DNA of 64,000 bases. Source: Lama glama (taxonomy: Eukaryota). The notes beneath the pieces were generated by a model. That model was not told the origin of the DNA. It did no database searches and worked only from the letters and a program-made list of their open reading frames with translations. The stretch covers positions 64,172,001-64,236,000 of the forward strand of contig CM052816.1 of NCBI GenBank assembly GCA_028534125.1, in the 5' to 3' direction. The translations under genes and the position numbers were made by a program. Below are positions 1 to 15,390 of the stretch, piece after piece; the first letter of the stretch is position 1, and each line of letters begins with the position of its first letter.

Positions 1-1543
1 TTGAAATACAAGTCAGTTTGCTGTAAAATTTTTGAAACTTATCACTCATTAAAAAATAAAAATCAAGAAAAACTTGATAGTGACGTGGATGTTTAAGACA
101 GATTACAACAGTCAGGGATCAGTGGATAGCTGTAACAAATAAGCTTAACTTACTAAAACAAGAGGGGAAGTAAAACAAAAATGACTTCCTTTCAACATAT
201 TCATACTTCCTGTGGAGTTAGTTCCTTATTGCTTCAGAAATTTGTAATTAGAACATGTTCTACCAGTCATAGCAGAGATGACAAATGCAAATGACCCAAG
301 TATTTGTCCCCTGACAGTCTTGCACAAATTCAGCATGATTTCTTATTTCACTCAATGTCTTTAAGAATATGTTGACAAATAAAGAACAATTATTGAAGAT
401 GAAGCACATGCTTGGTCTCTTCAGATATAAGCATGGAAGTGATTAGTAGAGGGGTTACAACTACAATTCCTTTACAATCATCAAAACACTGACCTTCACT
501 CAAGTAGACCAGTGTTAGGGACGATGGAATAAGGGCTGGGGACCTGGAGAAGTAAGCAGGGTCAGGGTGGGAGGCTGAGCTTGGGACCCCACCCAAGAGC
601 AGTTATTGCTCTGGTAAGCCAGGTGCCTCACTGCCTTTTCTTTTTATCTCAGGACGAAGAGATGCTAGCATTAAACTGTGGCAATTAAGTAATAAGAATT
701 TTGGTGGGGTTGCTATTTAGTTTTTTAAAAAACCCGGAATGTCCTTGTATTCACAGGCAGATCTTTCCAGAGATGCTGTAGAGGAAACAGTCAATATCCC
801 TGGAAAGATGAGGAAATGATTGCTGAAAATGCCCTTCCTCAGCACCCCCACCTTTCCAGAGAGACTAAGAAGCCAGTAAGCGCCCTGTCTCTTTTCCGTC
901 CTATTCCCCTGTCTGCCTCGAGATGCTCTAGTAGTTCCCAGCACGTCCCTTCCACAGCAGTCCTTTGGCTGGGGGCGTGGTGGCAGGCAGAAGACAAGAG
1001 GTGGAAAACGATTCCCCTGTGCCCTGCAAGTATCCTCCCCGCACAAACTGCCTTGGCAGCTCTGAAGGGCGAACATAAATGAGGTTCTGAGTGTCAGAAA
1101 AGCAAGCCTCCCCACCTGGCAGATACCTTCACATAAGCCAGAACCACAGAGAAACCCTATGCCATTTTACCCTGAAACTCTACAGGAGTCAGAGCAGTAG
1201 CACCTAGCGGCATCATAGCGTTAGCCTCCTGCCCTTTACCAGGGGAGGAGAATCCTTAGGATGTGAGGAAGTGTAGAGTTGAGCATCTGTCTTCATCTGA
1301 CAACTTCCATTTCAGCTGCCAAAAATGGGAATAGGAACTCACTTATAAAATTGTGCTCTAAAATAAAAACCAAGTGGTATAAAGTAATTCGGTGCAGGAC
1401 TTTGGGTTATGTTAGTTATTCATTTATTTTTTGGTATTTTAAAAATAAAAGAGAACTTTTAAGGCTTCTCTAATAGGTTCATGAGATTTCATGTTGCTAA
1501 GGAAAGCATGTCAAATTAGTCAAATTAACGGATGTCAGCCACA

Positions 1544-1545
<2 letters not shown>

Positions 1546-1586
<41 letters not shown>
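1546..1586. repeat. (AC)n microsatellite, ~20 units
   Basis: Perfect AC dinucleotide run, directly visible. Confidence 0.98.
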
Positions 1587-1588
<2 letters not shown>

Positions 1589-2467
1589 TGCTGCATAAAA
1601 AAGAGGCCTTCTGAGATTTTTAAGCTACCTCCATACAGGCAAGGATTTGTTTCTGAATCCATCGCACTGGCTGCAGACATAGGCTCTTTGATGAAATCTT
1701 GTGGGGGTCAAACTATTCTCCAGCACTTCGGTCTTTTAGGGCTGTATATGGTTTGTCTTTAGGTGACAATAACAGAGTCTAATCTGCACTTTAGCAAAGA
1801 GTGTTAATTTTTAAAAAAAGAAAAAAGGGAAAAAGCTCACATTTTAACAAAGGTGGATATTCCTTTCAGGTCCTTTAAGAGGCTACATATAAGATGTAAA
1901 AAATATAATCTTGAGTTCACTAAAAAATATTCACCTAGAACAAATTTGTGATAAAAATAACTATTTGGTGAACTGACTTTAAAAAGAAGGGAGAAAATTA
2001 CTGAAAAGGAGGGACTGAGAGGGCAATGGAAACAGTCAAAGGTGAGATGAGCAGATCCTGGAAGTCCCCCAAACAGTGAAGCCTTCAGCACTATACACAG
2101 CGCCCTCCTTCTCCCACACTCCAGCTGAGCACAGTGGTGTTTGGGCGCTAAGACAGCCTTCCTACACTACAGCTGGAATGTGTGATTACAGCAGGTGTGA
2201 AGGGCTTCCTCGATCATTATATTCAGTCAAGTATATGTATTATTTACTACTGTTTTCAAAAATCAAAACAATGACTTATTTGGAAGATTTCAACTGTTGC
2301 TGCCTTGTGGTTAAACTTGGCCTGAAACTGTTCTCTATTCCCAAATTCTAGCTTTAAGAAAAAGGAGGATAAAGCCACCATGAGCATATGTGTAACAGCT
2401 GTCAAGAATACCACTCTTCCCTTACTTTAAAACAAAGGCCAAACAAGCCAACAAACCACCACCATCA

Positions 2468-2851
<384 letters not shown>

Positions 2852-4120
2852 CTAGTTAAGAATGTAATCTAAGTGACACAGTAGAAAGGAATACAATCCT
2901 TGGTCAAAAATGATTCTACAGGATATTGTATCCAATACTGAATTCACTTCAGGAATGATGCCCTGTACCACAGCTAAAAGAAGAATCACAGAGCTAAGGG
3001 GTGAAGCTTTTTCATACTATAACCGCTTCAGAGAAAGAAACCCTCTGAAAAGCATGAGACCTCACTGAATTTAAGAAAGAGCCTCTCTCAATGTGTGATA
3101 TCTGAGCATCCAGATTTTCAGATGCACAGATGACTCTACAGCTTAACTTTGGAACCTGCCCAAGATCTGATCAGGCTCAAAGGGACAGACAAGCCAGGTT
3201 TCCAGAAAAGAATGCTCTGCCCCAGGGAGCAGGGATGGGGAAGAGTCTGAACCACAAATCCCAATACAAAGACTTTAAATATTGTTGCTTCTAATAAGCA
3301 GAAATAGATATTAATTCTTAGTGATTAATAAAAAAAATAGTTATCCATTTAATACTTAAAGGAAAAAGTAACTGGAAAGTTACTACTATTTGGGCTTCAA
3401 AAGGCAAATTTTAAAAGGGAAATTACATTTAAGCTGTCAAAATTCATCTCTTAGTAAATTAAGACAGGCATAGAGGCAGAGCTGACTTCCCCTGTGCACA
3501 CTCTGAATTTATCCTAAGAAGGGCAATACCGACTTTTAAAATAAACTCTGAAAGGAAACCACAGTGGTTAGTTCAACGACTTTCCGCTTAGGTACTTTGA
3601 GGTTTAGTTACTGTAAAGTGTTTAATAAATTAGTTTCCATGTCACCTTTGGGTAACATCGGTTTCATGATTTCTAGAATTATGAACCATGACACTGCTGC
3701 TCAAAGGACATAATACATTTGTTTTCCATGCAAAAAACCAGCCTGGTGAAGAGTTTAGAATGCAAGAAATGCAGCTGAGAAAAAATTGTGAGAGGAATTA
3801 CTGAACTGGGCACTGATTAGGAGCATGATACATTTTAGATCATTCTAACAGAAGTTTTAAAAGTTTTGTTGTTTTGTTTTTTGATTAGTATTTTTGAATT
3901 GTTCCTTATTTAAGTACTTTTAAAGTCATATAAACAACTGATTTTTTTACCTAGACAAAATAAAATCTATCCTAGATTTCTAATTTTACCAAATCTATTC
4001 ATCTTTTTTTCTATCTTGTAGGACATTTTAAAATGTTTTAGTGATCTGATATTCTTCAACAGTTGATATAGCATTACAGTTTTATCTTTAGTCCACATAA
4101 TGAGGCCAAATTACTTAACT

Positions 4121-4488
4121 TATTATAGACTGAATGTCTGCCTTTGCCTCAAATACATATGGTAAAGCCCCAACCCCCACTGTGACTGTATTTGAAGAAA
4201 GGGCCTTTATAGAGGTAATGAAGGTTAAATGAGGTCATAGGGTGGGGCTCTGACCTGATCTAACAGGAGTTTTAAGAGACATCTGAGAAAGTGCTCTCTG
4301 TCTGTCTTGTGAGGGCACAGGGAGAAGGCAGCCATCTATAAGGCAGAAGAGGACACTCCTCAGAAACTGAATTAACAGCACCTTGACCTTAGACTTCTCA
4401 GTCTCAAGATTGTGAAAAATAAAGTTCTGTTGTTTAAGCCACCTAGTCTGTACCATTTTTTTTATGGCAGCCTGAGCAGTCTAAGACA
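4121..4488 (+). mobile_element. MaLR solo LTR (MLT1A/MLT1B-like)
   Basis: Starts tattatagactgaatgt; internal gggcctttatagaggtaatgaaggttaaatgaggtcatagggtgggg; ends aataaagttctgttgtttaagccacctagtctg...gcagcctgagcagtctaagaca. These match MLT1 hallmark segments as I recall them; the subfamily is uncertain. Confidence 0.85.
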
Positions 4489-6321
4489 CTAACTCTTACT
4501 TTATTAAGGATAATTATAGCAAACTTAAATATTACCCATCTTCATTTCTCTTCCATTTCCTTTCAGTATTTCCCTTAAATCATCAGGTTCCCTTTTTGTA
4601 CTATGCAGGGAAAGCCAGAATATATAATTAACCTAATGACACCTTTCAACAAGCAAAACATTCAGTCAGGTATCACAGAATTAACTTGTGGATTAATAAT
4701 CAGTGTAATCTCTGAACTCCAGGGTACTGAGTAGTGAAAAACGGAAATTTGGTATCAGTGTTTCCCAGAAGTGCTTTTCCAATATGCTAATTGGTCCAAT
4801 ATGCCAATATTGTGTCCAGTCAGCAACAATACAAGGTTATTGCTTCCTCTTTCTTCCCAAAGAACGTGGTGCCCTAGGGTAGTCAGCTCAGTCATGGAGT
4901 GCTCATCTCTTGGAATTTATAGATGGCTTGGCGTCCCCTTGGACTCCTTCCTGTCCTGCACCACCCACGTTCTGTGGGCCTAGCCAGGTTGGAAAAGGAG
5001 AGGAGGCTGGGGTGAGTCAGAGGCATTCCTTATGGGGCACAGTTCTCACTACAGCATTTAATAGGAAGGTGTGGACTAATCGAAGGCTAAGACAAAGTTA
5101 AAAAACATTTATGAATAATGAACACTGAGACATTTAAAAAGGTAAGCAATAAATAGATATCAAACACTGTCAACTTTGAAAGACACACATCCTCTTACTT
5201 TCCTTCAGGATAATGAAATCAAAAGTCAGTTACCAAGAGTTACTAAGAACCATCATAAAAAAAGTTCATGGCTAAATGATATTGCTTTTATCAGAAGGAA
5301 CTATACGAGGAGACTAAAACAGTAATGAAAAAATCCAAATCACATGAAATTTGCCAAGACAGGCTTTTATCTTTAGAAGACAAAAAACAATTCAGGAGTG
5401 CATCAAAAAAATTTTAGGGATTTTTACCAAAATTAAGCATGTTATTCAGATGATTTTCCCTTTAAGATGTACTTGTAAAACATATAAATGTATAATATAT
5501 TTTTTGAAAATATTTTTTCATATAGATCTTTAGCTTTGGACAAATAAAAGAGGTTTTGAAATACTGTTTTCTCTAAATCCGTTCCCTATACATAGCTGTT
5601 CTGAATATAAGATGAAGATACCATACTTTATGAGCCTATCAATCACAGAGAATTTCACAGTAATAACACACGTGCCTGAGAGACAGAAGCAATTTAAAAA
5701 ATTGACATCACCTAAATCTGTGTAAAAGATTAAGCTACCACACTAATTACACTTATTCTTTCCAAAAAATTATTTTTAATAATGCCAGATAAAATTTATT
5801 AGGCCTTTAGCTCTTGACCTTATAAAAAGAAAAAAAAACTAAACTTTGTCTTAGCAATCCTATGAAACTTTTAACTTGATGAAACATACACCTAATGAAT
5901 CTCTGAAATAATTAGTGCAGTGGAAATTCACTCCTGCAGTCTTTGGTCCTTTGTTAGCATGTGCAAATTATATATTCAAATCCAGACATCATGTGACAGC
6001 CAGTAGGTTGGAGGAATGCCAACCAATTTCCATTTTATCATTTAATTGATCGAGCAAAGAGGAATATGGCCACCAGCAATAATGCACTAAATATCAAACT
6101 TGCATTTATCTCAGGAACAACACAGACTAAATAAAAACAGTCCTTTACAAAGCTTGGGGCATGTAAGTGTGGCTTATTTCTAACAGTTTATCTTACATTA
6201 CCACCTAAATCAAATGATAAACATCTCAACATCTGTACTTTTTGATTAAGTGACACTATTTTTGAGAAAATGAACATGGCTATGACACTCAGTGACCACA
6301 CCGATCAAGATAACCATATTA

Positions 6322-6693
<372 letters not shown>

Positions 6694-7709
6694 TCAAAAA
6701 CTACTGCAGGTACTCTGATAGGTACAATTATTTATTTTATCCAGTACTCTTAATTGACTTAATTCCAAGAAGGCCAAAAAAACCTTTCTTAGGTTAAAGT
6801 GCATAGTTTTCCAGTATCTTTTAAAAAATGACCAAGAATGACTAAATATGTATATTCTGGGGATAGAAAAATATTACAAATATTTTTCCCATTAAAAATG
6901 AATCAACAAAGAAAATTATAAATCTAAGCAATACTAAGAATACCTAAGAGTGAAAAACTCTTAATTCAATAAGAGTAAAACTACATGATGAATACAAGTT
7001 GCCTATTTTTTAAGCCATTTAAAAAAGTCATTTTTTAAAATGCCATTTTAAGGCATTTTAAAAAAAATCCATACTTTTATCACAATATTGTATATTATAA
7101 TAAAAAACAGTAGTGAACACAACATCTGTAACCCAATTTCATGGTCCTTTTTGTTACCAAAGAGTCATCGAGTATCATAAGAGAAAGATTCTTGGAGCAT
7201 TCTCTAACTCTGTTGTTTCTATCAGAAATTTTTAACAAACTTCAACTGTCAAACTCCCAAGGAAAGTGAATTCAGAGTCATAGCTTTCACCCTCCTGATA
7301 GAGTGTGGGTCACCCATAATCCATGAAGGCAATCACCACAGGAAATATGGAGGGGCAAGACAGATAACCCTCCAAGCTCACCCAGCCATGGGAGCAGCAA
7401 AGGGACATTCCTTCTTCCCTCCCACATGATGCACATCCTAATTTTATATTTTTATGCTGGAAAATAGTCACAAATGCAGATAAATGCCTAGATGCACAAT
7501 CATTGACTAGAAGAGAATAAGTATTTTTAGGTTCTTGACACATGCTGCCAACTGTCAACTCTAAGACTTTTCCCAGTTTAGAGAAGCCTGCCTGAAAAGT
7601 GTCAGCGCACCCATTTCCTTGTGCTCTTCCTAACTGCTAAACATTGTTAACTGCATGGATTCATAAAACAAACTGAGGAAAAACACCAAGCAATGACCAA
7701 TGCCATTCA

Positions 7710-7997
<288 letters not shown>

Positions 7998-9025
7998 TCA
8001 AAGTAACTCTTCAATTAAAACACAAAGGTACATAAAATAAAATCCCCAACTTGTGAACTATTTTAAGTTCTAATGGCTCATATGCAAATCAGTATAAATG
8101 GTACTAACTTCCCAGGACAGCTCTCAAACACCTATTTAATTCATGTGTCCAGGATACTTGCTTAACATTATTACATACACTATTAAGTTATGTTGTATGA
8201 GGAAAAATGAATTCTAAATTTTCACCTGAGAAGCCAAGGATAACTCTCTTCACCTCCTAGGAGTGGCTTTAGAGAGAATGGAGGAGTCCCCCTGGAATTA
8301 TCATTGGAAAACTCAACAACTACATTAAGAAGATACTCTCAGAGCCAGTGCTCCCCAGGTCATCTAAAATGGGAGTCTGGAGGGCAACTGCAGCCTGGCT
8401 CACACTTGGACCTCTCCTATGAATATTACTACATTACTCCCCTATCACATTATAAAAGTCTTTCTTATCATGGATCTGTAAGCCATTTAAAAGAAGACCT
8501 TTGCCACAAATGGGAACTACAGCAGAAGATAATACGTAATTTGGATGAAAGATATCCTTTTCATTTTCTTCACAGAATGTTCGCACTTTCAAAATTCTTA
8601 AGTTAGAGTGCTGAGAAAAAAGCTGCAGATATTTTAGGATATATTCCATTACTGTAATTAATGCAATATTTTACATCTAGGTGTCTTCTAAAGACATAAA
8701 TAATAGTAGCTCCTTCTTAAAGGAAAATAAAATAAAATCGGTATACAATATAAACTATACAAGAAAAAAGGTGGCTTGTAAATAGCTAAGGAGACATTCC
8801 ACAAGTCCAACATTCCTTTCGAAGTCTTCTGTTTTAGACTATCAACTATCAGTACATAAAAATGAAGCATGGCCTAGCACAATGAACTAAAATTTATAGA
8901 AGCTGGGTATGAGATTCCTTGGTATCTTTCCCTTCAATTTTTGTCACTGACTTTCATACACACAACCAGTAGGAAAAAAGAAACATGAGCATTACTCTTA
9001 GGAACAAGTCTATTATAATACAGAC

Positions 9026-9118
9026 TTATGGTGATCATTTCAAAACATATAAATGTGGAATCATTATGCTGTACACCTGAAACTAATGTCAACTGTTATC
9101 TTCATTTTTAAAAAAAAT
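9026..9118 (+). mobile_element. Short L1 3'-end fragment
   Basis: ttatggtgatcatttc...tcattatgctgtacacctgaaactaatgtcaactg...aaaaaaaa, a typical L1M 3' terminus with A tail. Confidence 0.7.
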
Positions 9119-10409
9119 CTGACATGTCATGCCAAATAATATTGAAAATGTACAAGACATTCATTTACAAATCTTAGCCACGTAACAAATAATTGTTACA
9201 GCAATTTGTAATTGTAACAGTTATAAAAAACCCATTCTTTGATTATGGACAAAAAAAAGGGAAAGATACAGGTATAGATATGTAATGCTAGCAAACTATA
9301 GTCTGAAATTAAAGTTTTCATTGCTTGCAGGACAAAAGAGAAATGAGTCTAGGAGAGCCTCAAAAACAATCTAAGGGATCTACCTTAACATGCGTTCCAA
9401 CTTACCTACGTGAACCCACATTTTTACACTTTGCATTTCTCAGTTATTACAACATTTTAATTAAAACTCATTTTAAAAACTCTTCTTAGAAAAGATCAGT
9501 ATGAATTTTAAGAATCCAATCATTATTATGAGCAAGCTCTTTTTGCAGTATAAAAAAACGCTTCACTTTCTCTTAGCCTGAGTATTTTTATCCTTTATAC
9601 CTTTTAGACTCTTCAGAAGTAAATGCCTTTTCACCATAGATTGTGTGTTTAGGGAAAGGGAGATTTCAGAAAAATTTTCCAAAGGGCCAAGTAACATATT
9701 TTGCAAACACATCTGGTAACCAGTAATGATATGACGAACATGAGAACTGGACATAGTAATGACTGTCAGGGAGATGACATTCCAATCCCATCTGGGCTCC
9801 CCTTCTTTGGTTCAAATGGTAACTTTGGAATTTTCTTTCATCATATAAATGATAACGTTAGTTAACATTAATAATACTTCCAATATAGAGGGCATTAAAA
9901 GCTATAACAAAAACTTGCTCCAACCTCCAGCTTACTGCAATAACTTCTGATAATTCTCAGCTGTACCCTAGTGTGTATATAATCACCCAAGGAATAAAAC
10001 AAAAACATAACCAAAAAAACCCACAGCAACTAAAACTACTCCCTGAATAAGAAATAAAATTCCAGAGTAAAAATAATATAAACCTACCAAAGAAACATAA
10101 GATTTATACCTACAGAAGAAAAAGGAGTGCAAAGATGAACTGGAAAAAGCATACACATTTCTTTTTCCTGACCAGGGCCTTATCTATGTAATACCACCCT
10201 TTTCCAATTGTTGTTACTCAATAATGCTTATTTAAAATTTAAGAGATTAATAAGCTGAGATAAAAAGGAGTTAAATGTGTTCTGTCGGTTGACAGCTCAT
10301 CAAATGTTACTTATAGAATTTGAAAAATCCAGGAGTTCTGTTTGATCACTTTAAATACATATCATGTCCTGATGTACAAATTATTACAACTAAAATGTTT
10401 TACAGTGCT

Positions 10410-10570
10410 TCCACACTATGTCAGGCCATGCCTTCAGTGCTTAACAGGAATTAACTAGTTCAGTCTTTTCAATAACTCGAAGCCATAGGTCCTCATTCCA
10501 CAGATGAGGTCAAGTCCCCGTTGGGACCTCAGGATTCAAACACAGGCAGTCTACCCCCAAAGTTCTTACT
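10410..10570 (-). mobile_element. MIR SINE relic
   Basis: ctcattccacagatgagg and ggattcaaacacaggcagtct are reverse complements of MIR core segments. Confidence 0.65.
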
Positions 10571-10818
10571 GTCGCAATTAAAATGCACTTCCACAATATG
10601 AAGTTTTTGGCTAACTTGCATTTTAGGTAATTCAGACATAACTCAAACAGTAAAAACATTCTCCCCCTTAAAAAATTAACCGACCTAAGAAACTTAAAAA
10701 AAAACTTAATTCTTACAACATTCAACGAGGGAGAAGAACACCTAAAGTTTTTCACAGATCAGCTATTAGATATTGCAAATGAATGGTGAACAAAGCCATC
10801 TCTGTGGCTCTAATTTTA

Positions 10819-11100
<282 letters not shown>

Positions 11101-11282
11101 CTACAGAAACAGGATTTAAGAGTAAGATGCTTTCCCCCCGAAATACTATTAAAAAGACACAAGAAACCATTTCTGAACTTGGATTTCAATGAAAAACTCA
11201 GCTCCTACTGCCAAGCATTCATTCATCTCCCATTGAATCTTTCAACTCTCCACCTCCCACTCCAATAATGCTATAGAAACTA

Positions 11283-11519
<237 letters not shown>

Positions 11520-12644
11520 TCAGAAAGCCATGTCAGCTATTATTCACATGTGAATAAATCAGTCATACCATTCTGTGGCCAGATGTTCATGAACACACCC
11601 ACACACATTGTCCTGCACCCCCTAAGCAGAAAGATGAAGGGTGAATACTCTCATGTCCTAAGTACTAGGAGGCAAGTCAGCCCAAAGAGCCACCATTCAC
11701 TCGTTTTATCAAACACAAACACTCTGCAGCCATCAAAGCTAAGGTTAAAGGCATCCTGCGAAAAGAACTGTCTAGTTTCCATGCCAAATACACTCAAAGG
11801 AGGCACTGGGCACAAAAATCACATGAAAACTCACTGCTCCCCACTTCTGAGGTGCTGTGGTGGGCTGCCCTGATGGGATCAACAGCTCTCACAAACACTA
11901 TGCAAGAGATGAGACACCAGCCATGGAACCTTTCAGGAAGATGCAATCAGCCTTTAAAAATGTGCAGAAGGGTTGTGCTTTTGGTTGTATTTTTTAACTA
12001 TATTGTGCGGTTTTGCACAATTAAAACTATTATGCTTCTTGGGATATAATGATTAAATGCCATTTTATATCCCAAAGGGCATAAATGCATATATTTAACA
12101 TTTCACAAAGCCACACAACATAGCTACAAAACAAACCAGCGCACTTACCTTGCCCCTATAGGCTGCCTCCTGACTCCTGTGCAGGTTCCATGACTGGTGT
12201 GATGTCCCCAGCATAGCGTATGCCGGGGCATCACAAAAGAGCAGAAGCACACACTCCGAAGAGGGTTCAAGTTTCAGGACCTGACGGAGAAAAGAAATGT
12301 TTGGGGAATAACGGATATTCTTACCCCAACTACTGGGATTATTCAGTTCCTCTGGAAAACATGGTTCAAATTCTACCTGCACTCCCACCCCTTGGGTCCC
12401 CACTCTAGACTTACCTTCAACTGTGGCACAGACCTTAGAGAGCCTTAACTGAAAATCAGGGTAATAAACTATTTTTCTTTATGTGTGCTTTACTTAGCTC
12501 AAGTATCACCCCTCACTGTTCTGAGGCCTAGCTAAATCAGAAGCAAAATCTGGAGCTTCCTTAGTTGATAAGTTTCATCTTCCTGTCACTGGCACTTTGG
12601 CTAAGCACAGACATAAGGGAAACCATAAAAATCAAAGCTCTGAA

Positions 12645-12790
12645 TCAAGAAAGGCTCTGAGAACTCAACTAGTCCAACTCCTCCATTCTGCTGCTGGAAC
12701 TGAAAATTGAGAGAAGTGACTTGCCAAGGTCACACAGCCATGCAATGGCAGTCAAGATCAAAACACAGGTATCCTCACTCCAAATTCAGC
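12645..12790 (-). mobile_element. MIR/MIR3 SINE relic
   Basis: gagagaagtgacttgccaaggtcacacagc is the reverse complement of the MIR core. Confidence 0.7.
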
Positions 12791-15248
12791 TATGTTAGCT
12801 GTTCTGAAAGGCTTTTTGAATGGTCTCGACATTATTTCAGCTTGTCTCAGGTCCACTTAGACATCTGTATTTGAATGGCAGACATATCAAAACACATGGA
12901 TGACACATAATTTGAGAGGCATAAATACTGACATACCTCTTCTGGCCCCTGCCCAGACTCCATGCTAGTAGCAGACAGATGCACACTTTGCAAATGGGAA
13001 GAGTGAACCCTACCTTTTAAGGCCTTTTGAACCTACGAGGGCTTCTTACAGAGCAGAATAAATATACCTCTACCTGAAAAGGAACTGGTTCCATGACTTC
13101 TTACAGTCAATCAATCAAATATTACAAAGTCCACATCTCACACAAGTATTTTTAAGCGGCTTTGTCATTTCATTTGTTTAGCTCAGATCATAGAAACAAT
13201 TTAAAACTAAAAGGAGACTAAAAGAACAACTTAGTATTATGCATGTATTAAAAAAGGACGAGAGTTTTACCTATCAATATGACCCACTGTGGTATCAAAA
13301 ATAAAAGCAAGCTCGAGAGTATGAGTACATTAAAAAATAAAATTTTAATTTTTATTAATTAAATAAATTAATGAAATTAATTTTCACACTTGCATGTGAC
13401 TGTATGAGCACAGAGAAATGTACAGGACACACACCAGGCTTTTAACAATGGTTAGTTCTAAGAGACCAGTAAAACCAATTGTAACAAAAAAGACAAAATA
13501 CTAATAAGATGATAATATTTAAATGAAAATGTAATATATAAAGCTCTACAGCAGCATGGGAAACAAAAAAGTAATTATGTACACAGACAATGACTAAAAA
13601 GATATACAAACAAAAATGGATTTAATTAGGTGTCAAAATTTGGTCAATTTTAAATCTTAGATCTCTGTGGGGCTTTTTTTGATTTTTGCAGTAAGATGGA
13701 AAAAAGAGAAACAGATTATCTTAATCAAATTGTTAAAATAATAAATATACAACTTTGTAAAAAGTTTTAATAATGTAATATTAAAGCATGTTGAATAAAG
13801 AAAATTTGGGAAATTCAGAAAAATAGAAAGAGTAGAAATTATTAGTTCTTTTATCAAAACAAAATTTAAAAGGCTCTCATACAAGTATATTTTTAAAACA
13901 CACTACTCTTTCAAAAGGTATGGATTCTAATGTTGTTAATTACTTCTAACAAATAATTTCAATGAAGACAGGACCTGATTGGTGCTTCACATTCACTCCA
14001 GGGTGCAAACACATGCAATTCTGCCCGGGGTCTGTGCCACCAGCACACTCCACCCAGCTGCATGGCTGCTGGGCTTTGCAGGCCACCACAGACTCTCCCC
14101 CAGCCAGTCTGCCCAGGTCTCTGACTGCAGGCTGAGCGCCAGAGCCCCTCTGTAAGGATGTCTCTTCTAACAGCCCCTCTGGAGGATTTGGGTGCTCCGC
14201 CAAAAGAAGGAGCCCTGATGCCTTTAGGCACAACAGATATAAATGCTGCCCTTAGAAACTAGCCCCGACTTCATACCCCTGGGCCAAACCATAAATGAAA
14301 TGAACTACTTCATTTGGAGGCTGGACCACTTATTAAGGATTTTCGAAAACCTACGGAATATTAATGTTTAACCAAGGAGGAAGTAACCAAATGGAAAGTA
14401 AAAGTAAAGTGTAAAATGTTAGGCTGGTAGTCAAAAAAGCAGGTAGGGAGTGAAACACAGAGAAATCTCCAAATATAATGAAGTTAAAAAGAAATTAAAG
14501 GTATTGCCTATGTGGATATAAGCACACCCTTTCCTAGCAATGGAAGAGAATAAATCTTGAATTGTTAAACTTGAAAATTCTGAGCTTTGGAAAAATATTG
14601 GAGGTTTAAGGGGTAGATTTATTTTCTTTGAAGTTATTAAATAAAGTCATCATGGGCAATAAAGATATGACAGATCTCAAATATTAAATTCCCAAGGCAA
14701 ATATCTCTAGACAAAGCAGAGCCAGACAATCATCTTTCCCAAGCCCTGAAACTTCTTTTTGATTGGACAAGTCCCTATGGAGTAATATACATCATTTTCT
14801 TTCTTTGTAGAGACTGAAAACACTATGCTAACATCACACCTTCATACTCAGCACATTGTCCAGCTCTTTTTAGGAGTACCAACTCCAGATGGGGCCAGCA
14901 TGTATAGAATGACAGTCTTGATTCCTGAATCCTTCTGATGTCATTTAACTCCAACTGTGCATCTGTCATAACTTTAAAGTCTTTCAAATTTTCTCAAATA
15001 GAGGGCAGCAGCACAAAATCACACAAAAATCGTGATGTAATTACTGAATGAAATTTTTATTTGCAAGAGTTAACTACTTTAAGAATTTGGTTCTGAAAGA
15101 GGATAAAATTCTGCAGCAGCTAGTTGGAAAAATGGGGGCAAGGAAAAAAACTTTTGAGATGAGAGAGACTTGTGCTAAATGGGTAGGTTCATTAGAGAGG
15201 GACAAGCTGAAGGAAAAAAAAAGCTAGAAATGAGACAGGTTTTTAAGA

Positions 15249-15390
15249 AAACATCTGGAAATGTCTTGGAGCATTTCTTGGTTGTACCCAAAGACTGGAA
15301 GGCACTATGAGCCTACAGTATGTGGGAACAAGTATGCTAGACAGTCCTTCACAATAAAGAATGTTCCTGGTCCAAATGCCAGCACCAGCC
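15249..15390 (+). mobile_element. MER20-like hAT-Charlie DNA transposon fragment
   Basis: acatctggaaatgtcttggagcatttcttggttgt...cacaataaagaatgttcctggtccaaatgcca resembles MER20 internal sequence. Confidence 0.65.

Noticed and set aside
9399..9412. TAG|GTAAGT recursive-splice-like motif on the minus strand
   Set aside because: No upstream polypyrimidine tract, and the intron is only ~3 kb.
12095..12403. 102-aa minus ORF spanning the candidate cryptic exon, considered as an in-frame coding cassette
   Set aside because: It is open only in phase 0, whereas the upstream ZSWIM6 exon ends in phase 1; inclusion gives a stop, not 44 extra amino acids.
14995..15012. CTCF-like CAAATAGAGGGCAGCA
   Set aside because: Two mismatches in the conserved 5' core; too weak without ChIP data.
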